A stretch of DNA of 63,764 nucleotides, filler included, from Octopus bimaculoides (Eukaryota): NCBI RefSeq assembly GCF_001194135.2. It is 6 parts of 6 records of this genome, joined end to end, with 100 filler letters (N's around TTAATTAATTAA, not from the genome) between each part and the next. Parts side by side here need not be neighbours in the genome. Positions count along the whole stretch, not along the records: positions 37,943 to 55,713 come from NC_068998.1; 5 more parts are not named here. One strand, written 5' to 3'. Shown piece by piece: positions 40,994 through 53,799 of this stretch. A model generated the notes under the pieces. The model did not search any database, was not told the origin of the DNA, and was given only the letters and a program-made list of their open reading frames with translations. Position numbers and translations under genes: made by a program. Each line of letters begins with the position of its first letter. Within the stretch, counting starts at the first letter, position 1.

Positions 40994-41545
40994 CAGGGTA
41001 GGATACGTAAATTGTCACCATTTTATATTTTTAATTTCGCGCATGCGCATTGTTTGTTTTTGATTTTGTCGACTACACAGTATAGTAGAGTCAGTTGGGC
41101 ACCATCTGTGAGAAAAAAACAGCACCATGATGCAATTCACTCTATCAGAAATTTGGAAACGACATGTTGCATTGTTTGGCATTCGCGCCGGAAGCTCCAA
41201 TACGAACATTTCAAAGTGTTTGTGTGTCAGTCTGAGGACAGTGCAAGGTTGGATGAGTCTAATGGTGATTACAAAAGTACGGCAGCATGGAAAACTCACT
41301 CTGATCGTTCTAATAAGAAAAGAACTTCTGAATGTGTTGGTGAGATCCAGGCCATGATTGACAACGATCCCTTCAAGTCAATCAGGTCCATCGCCAGGAA
41401 CATGGGAGTGTTTGAGTGTCTTGTCAGGTAGGTACTGCATGAAGACATTCGGTATTCCTCATACAAGATGAGAAAGGGCCAATTTTTATCCCAAGCCATC
41501 AAAGACAAGTGGAAAGACCGCACTACGAAGCTTTTCAACAAACAA
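40994..41545 (+). mobile_element. Tc1/mariner (maT/DD37D-like) 5' fragment with decayed HTH transposase
   Basis: CAGGGT terminus; frameshifted MMQFTLSEIWKRH...SLRTVQ / ...MIDNDPFKSIRSIARNMGV...LHEDIRYSSYKMRKGQFLSQ, typical of a Tc1/maT N-terminus. Confidence 0.85.
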
Positions 41546-41885
41546 TAGGTCGACAAATGTGGACTGAGATCGCCAAGATGTGGCAGCAGCGAGAGTTAAA
41601 CATAAATGTTGTTCCTGTTGTCATCGGAGCATTGGGTTCAATACCACCCAACCTATAGAAACATCCGGACACTTTAGAAATATCCTACAATCTTGGTGTA
41701 GAACAAAAATTGACTTTACTTGGAACTGCACGTATACTGCGTAGATTGTCGTCTGCCTGAGGTCCTTGGTGTGACTTGACAGACAGTACAAATCCCCGGT
41801 ATGCACATGTTCAATCTACATCATAATATTGGATTATTGTGCGACGTCTTTAAGTAACAACAACAACAACAACAACAACAACAAA
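41546..41885 (+). mobile_element. R4/Dong-like non-LTR retrotransposon 3' end
   Basis: TEIAKMWQQRELNINVVPVVIGALGSIPPNL*KHPDTLEI...QKLTLLGTARILRR.. is the C-terminus of a restriction-like endonuclease domain, followed by a 3'UTR and an (AAC)n tail. Confidence 0.85.
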
Positions 41886-42073
41886 AACAATAATAATTTT
41901 CATAAATATAATAATAAATTCAAATTACGACAAACGTATATATTTTTTTTTAGAAGCGTTGAGATGTCTTAGAAAGTTAAAGAAGTGATTTTAAATTCTC
42001 AATCGCAAAATAATGCTAATAATATAGCCTGAACAGGATAAACTACCCCTATTTTGCAGAGAAAAGTGTAGGT

Positions 42074-42148
42074 GGCTAGCTGTGGACTCGAACTCACATC
42101 CCCGTGATTACGCGTCACGATGCTTTGACCGATTAAGCTAAACTACCC
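42074..42148 (-). pseudogene. tRNA-Thr(CGT)-like pseudogene or SINE head
   Basis: D-stem GCTT/AAGC, anticodon stem CGTGA/TCACG around loop CGCGTAA, TTCGA T-loop. However U33 is G, the T-stem has a deletion and the acceptor stem is mismatched. Confidence 0.45.
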
Positions 42149-42209
42149 ACTACAAATACCTCTACAAATTTAAGATATATAAATCTCGCTTTATGAGACG
42201 CTCTCATAT

Positions 42210-42247
<38 letters not shown>

Positions 42248-42761
42248 NNNNNNNNNNNNNNNNNNNNNNNNNNNNNNNNNNNNNNNNNNNNNNNNNNNNN
42301 NNNNNNNNNNNNNNNNNNNNNNNNNNNNNNNNNNNNNNNNNNNNNNNNNNNNNNNNNNNNNNNNNNNNNNNNNNNNNNNNNNNNNNNNNNNNNNNNNNNN
42401 NNNNNNNNNNNNNNNNNNNNNNNNNNNNNNNNNNNNNNNNNNNNNNNNNNNNNNNNNNNNNNNNNNNNNNNNNNNNNNNNNNNNNNNNNNNNNNNNNNNN
42501 NNNNNNNNNNNNNNNNNNNNNNNNNNNNNNNNNNNNNNNNNNNNNNNNNNNNNNNNNNNNNNNNNNNNNNNNNNNNNNNNNNNNNNNNNNNNNNNNNNNN
42601 NNNNNNNNNNNNNNNNNNNNNNNNNNNNNNNNNNNNNNNNNNNNNNNNNNNNNNNNNNNNNNNNNNNNNNNNNNNNNNNNNNNNNNNNNNNNNNNNNNNN
42701 NNNNNNNNNNNNNNNNNNNNNNNNNNNNNNNNNNNNNNNNNNNNNNNNNNNNNNNNNNCTC

Positions 42762-42817
<56 letters not shown>

Positions 42818-43670
42818 GCACACACACACACACGCAGACACACAAACATAAACACACACATGGGTATGTATACACGCATACGTGTGCATTCATCTATGTA
42901 AAACAAGAAATAACTATCAGCAACATGGCATACTATTCTGACCAACCAACAGATCAACCAACCAGCCAACCAGCCAGCCAACCAACCGACCAGCCAGCCA
43001 ACAACCATCCGGCACAGACATCAATCAACGCAGAAATTCTTTGAGAAATGTCTTATCTTCTCGTTGTTCGCTTTTGTCTTTAACTACAAACCCCTAAACA
43101 TCCGACACCACATACCTCGAACATCTCCAACAGCTGTTTTTCTTTATCACACTGCTCCCATGTAAATCCTATGTATGTATGTATGTATGTATGTATGTAT
43201 GTATGTATGTATGTATGTATGTATGTATGTATGCATGTATGTGTGTATGTATGTATGTGTGTATGTATGTAAGTTCGCATGTAAGTTCCTACGTACGTAT
43301 GTATANNNNNNNNNNCATGTAAGTTCCTACGTACGTATGTATATAACTTATAAAATGTGAGTATATATGTATATAACTTATAACGTGTGTGTATACGCAC
43401 ATAATATATATATATAATATATATGTATATAATGTATATAAACTATATATATAATGTATATATATTTTATTTATAAAAAAATATATATATAATATAATAT
43501 ATCGTACACATATGTATGTGTGTGTTTATCATTGTGTATGTGTGTGTGTGTGTGTTTATCATTGTGTATGTGTGTGTGTGTGTACACATGCAGACACAGA
43601 AAGAGATATAGACAATAAATAACTACGTGCTTATGAACGCCTACATATAAATACATTCAAAGACAGCTAC

Positions 43671-43769
<99 letters not shown>

Positions 43770-44299
43770 TGTGTGTGTATGCGTGTGTATATCTGTCATT
43801 ACACAAATACAAAATCTGTCGAATGTTTAAATTATTAGACGGCTAGCTCAAGTATTGTTAGTTCATGTCTCCTACATAATTTCAGGATACAAGCTTTTTC
43901 ATAGCCTTACCTTGTAATTACACGACTTACATAAAACAAATATAAAAGAATGCAAACAGAAATGTGGAAAATTATCAGGTATGGTTTGATGCACAATTAA
44001 TACCAGAATCAAAACAGAGCTGCGACTGGATTAATTACAGAATCAACGCATAGATATTGCTGAAATACTATAGAGATGATTTTCATGATTAATTCATGAT
44101 TTCGAAAGCTACCATCAAGATCTGTGTAAGATTCCCGTGTCAACTTAACACCATAGCTTAGCTATTCTCAGTAAGACAGACTAAACATTTGAGGTAATAA
44201 GTAAATGTATACATGTATTGACGCAAGGTTTTGTGATCGTTCGAAACGCCTTTCATAAATAATCAAAAGTACAGTACCGTTTACGTTTTTCCTTTTTAT

Positions 44300-44710
44300 C
44301 ATTTTACTTGTTCCGGTCACTGGGTTGTGATTATCCTGAGCTGAAGGGTTTAGTCGAACTAATCGATATCAGTACAGTACTTATTTCAAAGTTTGGTACT
44401 AATTCCATCAGTCTTGTTTTTTTTTTATTTCTTTACCGAACTGCTAAGTTATACGGATGTAAACAAACCAACACCGGTTGTCAATCGGCTAATGGGGAAG
44501 GGGGACACAAGCACAAACACACACCCACGCAATCACATATACACGCAGACACTTACATACATACATACACACACGCGCACCTATATACGACGAGCTTCCA
44601 TACAGTTTTCGTCTACCAAATTGACTTATAAATTACTGTTCGACTCGGGGCTATAGTAGAAGGCATTTGCCTAAGGTGCCATGCGATAGAAGTGAACCAA
44701 AAACCACGTT
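44300..44710 (-). mobile_element. SINE family A, diverged full copy
   Basis: Tail, CA-rich core and head homology. Confidence 0.8.
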
Positions 44711-44714
44711 CAGT

Positions 44715-45800
44715 AAGCAAAGGCGTATAATCTTGAACTTATTCTGACCTCTCCTGGAATATGGAAGAAGTATTGTGAGCCTTATATGAGTTTCTGTTGC
44801 TTGCTTCTTCAACTTCCAGATGTACTTTCACCATGAGATGGAACTCAGTTTACTCTTGTATTTTGGTGGAAAAATGTGCTATTTCTATTGATCATGAGTG
44901 AGTTTTCAATAATGCAAATATATATTCTAGACATGCCATCAATATATGAAACATCAGGTCTATATACTAACTTTTTGTTGCGGTATTTAATTAAGGGGAC
45001 ATCTGACTACACTTCTAAAATTACAATCATGTTGGGTTGATAGTATATTTCTGGTTGCATTATTATGGTTGAATATCTGAGACCCTGTATTTTCTAAACA
45101 GCTCGAATTCATTGTAAAACTAGGACATGAGGAAGTGGGCGGTTTTTTTAGTGTCAAGAACCACTTTACTATATTTCTGGACATATTCATGTTGTTTGGC
45201 CTGTTAAGTCATATTATTTTCATATTTCGATGTAAAAACCGATTGGAGAATATTTTGTATAATTATTCGTATTGGTGAAGTCAAACTCCCTCTATTTCCT
45301 GTTATAGTAAAGGCTGTTTTATATTATATGTTCTTGCCTAAAGATAGTTGAAAAATGTGTGTAGTGACGTTATTGATTACATGTTTAATGATTGTACTCG
45401 GGCGGTTGGAAATATAATTTATGTATAATGTTCCCTCGTTCGGCTTACGCTACCGGTAGATACGCCTGTATTTGGATTTAATGTCCCGATAGTTTACCAT
45501 TTTTAAGTTCAATTTTATTGTGATTTAAATGGAACTCTTTGAATATGTTGATTAACTTTTCTAGCTTTGTCCATACCATGTTCACTCCTGTTGTAATACT
45601 GCGAAGTTCGTCATCTCTTTGTAATACTATATTAGCTTCTACACAATTTCTGCGTGTGTTTAGAATAGAATTTCATTTATTCGTTTCTATTTTTTATTAA
45701 GCTGTGTAATTATGGATGAAACTATGAAATACCTCCCCCACATAGTTTTTCTTATGTAATATTCAAGTCGGTCACTGACAAAGTGATACGGCTCTTTTGT
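44715..45800 (-). mobile_element. Decayed Penelope-like element (RT C-terminus to GIY-YIG region)
   Basis: Collinear remnants on the minus strand: RKPNEGTLYINYISNRPSTIIK (~45383-45455), MSRNIVKWF, CNFRSVVRCPLN, KYIWKLKKQ (~44800-44827); many stops and frameshifts. Confidence 0.75.
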
Positions 45801-46177
45801 TCAACACAAGACAGTTCTTGGGATTTTTAAATACGTGAAAGAGTGTGTACACATATGTAGATGCATGCGTGGATAAAATTGTACTTTTGTAATGCACACT
45901 ACTTTAGTAAACGAGTGCGTGCGTGCAGTGCCATATGCACCTGTGATTGTGTGCATGCGTGTGGTGCCATATGCACCTGTGATTGTGTGCATATGTTCAC
46001 TTTGGAAAACTCAAATGGAGAATCATTGGAATGTTTTACATAACTTTCCCTGTACTGTTAATCAATTGTATTTTGAGGATGCGAAATAATTTCTTTTGTT
46101 CTTCGTTGGACAAACCCAGACTTTTTAGAAATCCGTTCTTACGGAGCCCATTGTACCTATAAGTGGTATACACACAT

Positions 46178-46237
<60 letters not shown>

Positions 46238-47589
46238 NNNNNNNNNNNNNNNNNNNNNNNNNNNNNNNNNNNNNNNNNNNNNNNNNNNNNNNNNNNNNNN
46301 NNNNNNNNNNNNNNNNNNNNNNNNNNNNNNNNNNNNNNNNNNNNNNNNNNNNNNNNNNNNNNNNNNNNNNNNNNNNNNNNNNNNNNNNNNNNNNNNNNNN
46401 NNNNNNNNNNNNNNNNNNNNNNNNNNNNNNNNNNNNNNNNNNNNNNNNNNNNNNNNNNNNNNNNNNNNNNNNNNNNNNNNNNNNNNNNNNNNNNNNNNNN
46501 NNNNNNNNNNNNNNNNNNNNNNNNNNNNNNNNNNNNNNNNNNNNNNNNNNNNNNNNNNNNNNNNNNNNNNNNNNNNNNNNNNNNNNNNNNNNNNNNNNNN
46601 NNNNNNNNNNNNNNNNNNNNNNNNNNNNNNNNNNNNNNNNNNNNNNNNNNNNNNNNNNNNNNNNNNNNNNNNNNNNNNNNNNNNNNNNNNNNNNNNNNNN
46701 NNNNNNNNNNNNNNNNNNNNNNNNNNNNNNNNNNNNNNNNNNNNNNNNNNNNNNNNNNNNNNNNNNNNNNNNNNNNNNNNNNNNNNNNNNNNNNNNNNNN
46801 NNNNNNNNNNNNNNNNNNNNNNNNNNNNNNNNNNNNNNNNNNNNNNNNNNNNNNNNNNNNNNNNNNNNNNNNNNNNNNNNNNNNNNNNNNNNNNNNNNNN
46901 NNNNNNNNNNNNNNNNNNNNNNNNNNNNNNNNNNNNNNNNNNNNNNNNNNNNNNNNNNNNNNNNNNNNNNNNNNNNNNNNNNNNNNNNNNNNNNNNNNNN
47001 NNNNNNNNNNNNNNNNNNNNNNNNNNNNNNNNNNNNNNNCTTACCGTTCTTCTTCTTCTTCTTCTTCTTCTTCTTCTTCTTCTTCTTTTTCTTCTTCTTC
47101 TTCTTCTTCTTCTTCTTCTTCTTCTTCTTCTCTCTCTCTTTCTCTTTATTTATATATATATATTCTTTTATACTTTTACTTGCTTCAGTCGTTTGACCGC
47201 GTCCATACTGGAGCTCCATCTCGAAGGATTTTAGCTGAACAAATCGACCCCAGGACTTATTTATTAAAGCCTAGGACTTGTTCTATCGGTCAAACACACC
47301 AACACCGGTTGTCTCTCTTTTCTCTTTCTCTTTCACACACATACATAGGTTTCTCAGCCCACGTGCGAACTTATACGCGTCTCTTTATACACTTAAATAT
47401 TATGCGATTAGCAGACGGCCTCACAGCTAGAATCAACAACGTCCACTCATGTACATATGGATGTATATATGCACACACAAGTCAAGGAATTACCTAATGT
47501 CGCAAGTGCAATGGAGCCTTTATCGCATGTATGGAAACACCCACATATGTTGACAATGTCTTTTAAAATCAAGCGTAGTTTATTCTTTA

Positions 47590-48050
47590 TAATCTTCATA
47601 TAATTTACAGGCGTGCCTGTGTGGTGTGGAGCTTGCTTCCCAACCACATGGTTCCGGGGTTCAGTCCCACTGCATGAGACCTTCGGCAAGTGTCTTCTAT
47701 AGCCTCGGGCTGACCAAAGCTTTGTGAAAAGATTTGGTAGACGGAAACTGAAAGAAGTCTGTCGTATATGTGTGTGTGCATGTGTGCGTGCGTGTGTGTG
47801 TGTGTCTGTGTGTGTGTGTGTGTGTGCGCCTGTGTTTGTTCCCCCAACTCACCGCTTAAAACTAGTGTTGGTGTGTTTACATCCCTGTAACTTAGTGGCT
47901 CAGCAAAAGAGACTCATAGAATAAGTACTAGACTTTAAAAAAATAAGTCCTGGTGTTGATTTGTTCGACTAAAACCCTTCAAGGCGGTGCTCCAGCATGG
48001 CCGCAGTCAAATGACTGAAACAAGTTAAAAGAATAAAAAAATATAAAGAA
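47590..48050 (+). mobile_element. SINE family A, full copy
   Basis: Head, (GT)n core and tail all present. Confidence 0.9.
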
Positions 48051-48227
48051 TACATAGATGGTTATATATTTCGAAGTCTTGTATCATTGTTGTCATTGTT
48101 ATTGGTCTCATTGTTGTTATTGTTGTTATTGCTACCCACCTACCTACCTCAGTACCTGTATAAAGTCCTCCACCGCTGAGAGGGCGGTAACTTCGACTTT
48201 GAGAAACATATATCTACTGATCTAGAT

Positions 48228-49154
48228 CAATAGTTCTCAACCAAGGTCCATACGTGCACACTGAATTCATAAAACGGAAGAAAAGATTAAAAACGTAATG
48301 CGCATGTCAAAGTAAGACGGTAGAGGAGAATAAAACAAGTTATATGATGGTCTGCATGCTACGTCCAACGCCACTATTACGCAGATTTGCTGCAATCATC
48401 TTGTGTTAGTAATCACATTATGCTGAGACCCCCTTTGGTCATAACTGACCATGGGATTGCACCTAGAAAGTTACCCTCCGAGGAACAAGTTCGGGCAAGT
48501 TTGTTTATGGAAGACCAGCAGTCGCCCATACATACCGGTCTCCCCTCTCCACGCCACCAGTGTTATCCAAGGGAAAGGCAAAGGGGCCGATACAGCTTGG
48601 CACCTGTGAGGTCGCAACTCATTTCTACAGCTGAGTGAACTGGAGCAGCGTGAAATAAAGTGTCTTGCTCAAGAACACAACACACAGCCCGGTCCGGGAT
48701 TTGAACTCACAACCTCGCGATCGTAAGCTAGACGCTATAACCACTGAGCGATGTGCCTTCACAGTAATCACACTGTATATAACATAATTATGAATACCAA
48801 GCAGCACAAATATTGATTTCAAATTTCAGCACAAGGTCAGCAATTTTGGGGGAGGGAGTAAGTCGATTGCATCGACCCCAGTACTCAACTGGTACTTATT
48901 TTATCGACCTCGATAGGATGAAAGGCAAAGTCGACCTGGGTTGAATTTGAACTCAAAACGTGAAGGCGGACGAAATGTCGCTAATCATTTCGCCCGGCAT
49001 GCCAGCAGTTCTGCCAGCTGATTACCTTAAGCAGCTCAAATATTAATATGGAATTTTTAAAATCGTAATAATTGTTTTAAAAAATTTGTGGCGCACCTAC
49101 TAGATACCAGATGTGACGCGCCGTGTCCCGCTGCGCTCCACTTGAGAACCACTG
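48228..49154. mobile_element. Possible old hAT/Charlie element with nested SINEs
   Basis: Left end caatagttctcaa after atctagat (Charlie-type NTCTAGAN target); right end ttgagaaccactg followed by aacgagac (5/8 match to the left flank). Confidence 0.35.
48815..49030 (-). mobile_element. SINE family B copy
   Basis: Reverse complement of family B. Others at ~23005-23120, 38395-38480, 57118-57300, 58795-59140 and 59315-59373 (all minus). Confidence 0.88.
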
Positions 49155-49385
49155 AACGAGACTATAGCTGTTTAGGTAGGTAGGTAGGTAGGTAGGTAGG
49201 TAGGTTGGTTGGTAGGTAGGTGAATTGGCTTTCCTATCTTACTGCATAACTATTTTGCAGCCTAAATCCATCTAACTCTCTAAATCCATATAATTCTCTA
49301 AATGCACCGTATCCTATGCACCCAAGATATTCTAATAACCGTTCGTTTCATTATTTATCTACCAATGTGTGAATCTTTTCTCCAG

Positions 49386-49553
49386 GAGTATATTCCAGCT
49401 GCCAGACCAAACGCCGGTCTCTACTCCCTGAAAGACGGTATTAAATATTATGAGGCGTGCCTCAAATGGTATTTTGGCTACAATATAACTGCTACTGAAG
49501 TATATAACCTTGGTATAAGTGAAACGAATCGCATAGCAAAGAAAATGAAGGAG
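49386..49553 (+). CDS. DUF885-family protein, internal exon A (phase 0-0)
   Basis: Acceptor ...cttttctccag| and donor GAG|gtaagt; 168 nt = 56 codons EYIPAARPNAGLYSLKDGIKYYEACLKWYFGYNITATEVYNLGISETNRIAKKMKE, matching the recalled DUF885 pattern EY.P..R...G...L..G..YY..CL.W......T..E+..+G+.E..RI...M. Confidence 0.88.
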
Positions 49554-50267
49554 GTAAGTGATTGTTCTATTCTCTCAGCAGCGAACGGTTTTCAAAAGAC
49601 AAGTTTTAATTCAAAACTTCGATGTAATGCCGTCTTTTAATATAATTCTTATAAATGGATCCTTTGTGCACATTATATTAAATAAGTTAAGTAGTCGTCA
49701 AGAATAACGTAAGGGCTGCTGTGAAGGCATCTAGACGACCCTGGGGNNNNNNNNNNGTGATCGATGCCAGTAGAATGCCACTTGTACACAAGTCTAAGCT
49801 CGATCAGTCTGGGTCGGGTCACCTGGATGAAAGTGTATGTTGTAAGACATGAAACATCCAGGGACACCAAGATACAACGCTGACGATCAGTCCGAGTATT
49901 GTAACTGTAAACGTATGTTGAACTGTCGTGTTTTCATGCAAATGATACATGAGTAAATAACCCCAGTGAAATGTATTTTGCTTATAAATAGGATAATTTC
50001 ACGTCTGCCGGCTTACAATAGAATATACATCTGCTTAGTGAGTCTCTCATTGCTTTTTCGTCATGTACAATTATGGCTATACTTCGTTGAAGAGGTGTAA
50101 TAAAACCGAAACATATTCGGGAACGTCTCTCATTCGGCCAAATTATTGAAATAGTATTGGACATCGAGCAATTGCTTTCTTTTCCTTACCGCGTAATTAT
50201 AATCAACAGGATTACTCCATTGATCACCACATTTAATATACTGACAACTTAACTCTCTTTAATCTTT

Positions 50268-50468
50268 CCCTTTTACTTGTTTCAGTCATTTGACTGCGGC
50301 CATGCTGGAGCACCGCCTGTAGTCGAGCAAATCGACCCCAGGACTTATTCTTTGTAAGCCTAGTACTTATTCTATCGGTCTCTTTTGCCGAACCGCTAAG
50401 TTACGGGGACGTTAACACACCAGCATCGGTTGTCAAGCGATGTTGAGGGAACAAACACAGACACACAA

Positions 50469-50533
<65 letters not shown>

Positions 50534-50692
50534 TACGACGGGTTTCTTTCAGTTTCCGTCTACCAAATCCACCCACAAAGCTTTGGTCTGCCCGAGGCTA
50601 TAGTAGAAGACACTTGCCCAACGTGCCACGCAGTGGGATTGAACCCGGAACCATGTGGTTGGTAAGCAAGCTACTTGCCACACAGCCACTCC
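50268..50692 (-). mobile_element. SINE family A, full near-consensus copy
   Basis: Same head, microsatellite and tail structure on the minus strand; CpGs retained. Confidence 0.92.
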
Positions 50693-51102
50693 TAACCTAA
50701 ATTGAATCCTTAACAAATTGATGGTAAATGTTTTCCTCCAAAATAATTCCACTTAATTTTTTCTGTCTCAAACAACAAACTATATGTTGGCATATGAAGT
50801 TTTTATGGGAACGCTCCACCATCATTCCTTTTGTCAATGCACATGTATTCACAGCAACAGGAGTGTATTTTCTCTGTATTGATCTCAAGACAGTCTATCT
50901 TTCTTGTTGATGGCACTGGATGTTGTTTCAGCAACAACATCATGCAGTATTATCAATGGCATTTTTTCACCAGTTGCTGATCATATATGTGTAATACCTT
51001 CCACAGAAATGTGACATAACCGACTTTATCTGTCGCATCTTAGCGTTTCAGGGCATCACTGTTTCTCGCGAATGTTTGTATGTATGAAAGGATACAAGTG
51101 TA

Positions 51103-51167
<65 letters not shown>

Positions 51168-51295
51168 AGAGCAGCAGCAGCAGCAGAACTGTGGACTTGA
51201 AAGGTCTTTCTATAAATTTGTTTTCCAATTGGCATTAGAAAGCTGTGAACCATCTGAAACTCAATCGATTACTGTATTCTTCACGTTTCCTTTAG

Positions 51296-51382
51296 GTTAT
51301 GTCACAGCTGAATTTCCACGGAGATTTAAAAGAGTTTTTCAACCACCTTAAAGATATTCCAGAATTTTACAACATTTCCGAA
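51296..51382 (+). CDS. DUF885-family protein, internal exon B (phase 0-0)
   Basis: Acceptor ...cacgtttcctttag| and donor GAA|gtaagt; 87 nt = VMSQLNFHGDLKEFFNHLKDIPEFYNISE, in frame with exon A and continuing the DUF885 pattern (+M..+.F.G....F...L...P.F). Confidence 0.85.
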
Positions 51383-51426
51383 GTAAGTTGCTATGAATTT
51401 CGTCTGTCTGTCTATCTATCTATCTA

Positions 51427-51489
<63 letters not shown>

Positions 51490-51785
51490 TTGTATGTATG
51501 TATGTATGTATGTATGTATGTCTGCCTGTCAATATATCATATAGGTGTAAAATGAAAGAGAACGACATTCATTTGATCACGTTTCGTAGAGTTCTAACAT
51601 ATTTCTATCAACAATTAGTTTTAAGAATCTCGTTGCTTAAAGTTTCACACGAGAGTGGAAATGTCACTCCTGGTCGTTCGAATGGTCGGAAGTGTTCGTT
51701 ATTCGTTCTTGGAAAAAAACTCATTGGCTAAACTTATTAATGATCTTAGAGAGTAGATGAGCACAGCAACGTGATTCCGAGTTTC

Positions 51786-51830
<45 letters not shown>

Positions 51831-53097
51831 NNNNNNNNNNNNNNNNNNNNNNNNNNNNNNNNNNNNNNNNNNNNNNNNNNNNNNNNNNNNNNNNNNNNNN
51901 NNNNNNNNNNNNNNNNNNNNNNNNNNNNNNNNNNNNNNNNNNNNNNNNNNNNNNNNNNNNNNNNNNNNNNNNNNNNNNNNNNNNNNNNNNNNNNNNNNNN
52001 NNNNNNNNNNNNNNNNNNNNNNNNNNNNNNNNNNNNNNNNNNNNNNNNNNNNNNNNNNNNNNNNNNNNNNNNNNNNNNNNNNNNNNNNNNNNNNNNNNNN
52101 NNNNNNNNNNNNNNNNNNNNNNNNNNNNNNNNNNNNNNNNNNNNNNNNNNNNNNNNNNNNNNNNNNNNNNNNNNNNNNNNNNNNNNNNNNNNNNNNNNNN
52201 NNNNNNNNNNNNNNNNNNNNNNNNNNNNNNNNNNNNNNNNNNNNNNNNNNNNNNNNNNNNNNNNNNNNNNNNNNNNNNNNNNNNNNNNNNNNNNNNNNNN
52301 NNNNNNNNNNNNNNNNNNNNNNNNNNNNNNNNNNNNNNNNNNNNNNNNNNNNNNNNNNNNNNNNNNNNNNNNNNNNNNNNNNNNNNNNNNNNNNNNNNNN
52401 NNNNNNNNNNNNNNNNNNNNNNNNNNNNNNNNNNNNNNNNNNNNNNNNNNNNNNNNNNNNNNNNNNNNNNNNNNNNNNNNNNNNNNNNNNNNNNNNNNNN
52501 NNNNNNNNNNNNNNNNNNNNNNNNNNNNNNNNNNNNNNNNNNNNNNNNNNNNNNNNNNNNNNNNNNNNNNNNNNNNNNNNNNNNNNNNNNNNNNNNNNNN
52601 NNNNNNNNNNNNNNNNNNNNNNNNNNNNNNNNNNNNNNNNNNNNNNNNNNNNNNNNNNNNNNNNNNNNNNNNNNNNNNNNNNNNNNNNNNNNNNNNNNNN
52701 NNNNNNNNNNNNNNNNNNNNNNNNNNNNNNNNNNNNNNNNNNNNNNNNNNNNNNNNNNNNNNNNNNNNNNNNNNNNNNNNNNNNNNNNNNNNNNNNNNNN
52801 NNNNNNNNNNNNCGAGGAATTGTATAAAAAAAATTGTTTAAAAAAATTTGTGTATTGGAGAAGTATGACCAATTCCTTGCGCATAAATTTTGACAGTAAA
52901 ATCTTATGTGGGCCCCCCATGGGCCATGTAAGCCCCGGTTAAACCTTTACTCTATAACGTTCCTTCCCGCTATAGTTAAATCAACACCTTCCTCTTCTCT
53001 TTACTCTGTCACTTAACTCATCAGTATTGTTCTCTCCTCTACACTCAGTCGATAGTCTGCAATTGCAATATCTTCGTCTCTTCTGAGGCGGCGAGCT

Positions 53098-53540
53098 GTC
53101 AGGCTGTGTGGTAAGTAGCTTGCTTACCAACCACATGGTTCTGGGTTCAGTCCCACTGCGTGGCACCTTGGGCAAGTGTCTTCCACTATAGCCTCGGGCC
53201 GACCAAAGCCTTGTGAGTGGATTTGGTAGACGGAAACTGAAAGAAGCCCGTCGTATATGTGTATATATATGTATATATGTATGTGTGTGTATATGTTTCT
53301 CTGTCTGTGTTTGCCCCCCCCCCCCNNNNNNNNNNNNNNNNNNNNNNCCCCCAAACATCGCATGACAACCGATGCTGGTGTGTTTACGTCCCCGTAATTT
53401 AGCGGTTCGGCAAAAGAGACCGATAGAATAAGTACTAGGCTTCCAAAGAATAAGTCCTGGGGGTCGATTTGCTCGACTAAAGGCGGTGCTCCAGCATGGC
53501 CACAGTCAAATGACTGAAACAAGTAAATGAGTAAAAGAGT
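53098..53540 (+). mobile_element. SINE family A, full bipartite copy
   Basis: tRNA-like head gctgtgtggtaagtagcttgcttaccaaccacatggttc.gggttcagtccc (A/B boxes), body, internal microsatellite, tail ...gctccagcatggcc.cagtcaaatgactgaaacaag(taaaagag)n. Confidence 0.92.
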
Positions 53541-53799
53541 AAATGTCGGGGAAAATGTTCAGTGGCATTACGTCCGTCTTTACGTTCTGAGTTCCAATTC
53601 CGCCGAGGTCGACTTTGCTTGTCAACCTTTCTGGGCCGATAAAATAAAGTACCAGTTGATTACCGGTGTCAATGCAATCGCCTTACCCCCTCCCCCGAAA
53701 TTGCCAGTCTTTTGTCCAAATTTGAAATCAATATCTTTGTCTGTTCTATAAACAGCCAATACTCTCGAATATTTTCCTCTTCTCTACATTTAGGCTACA

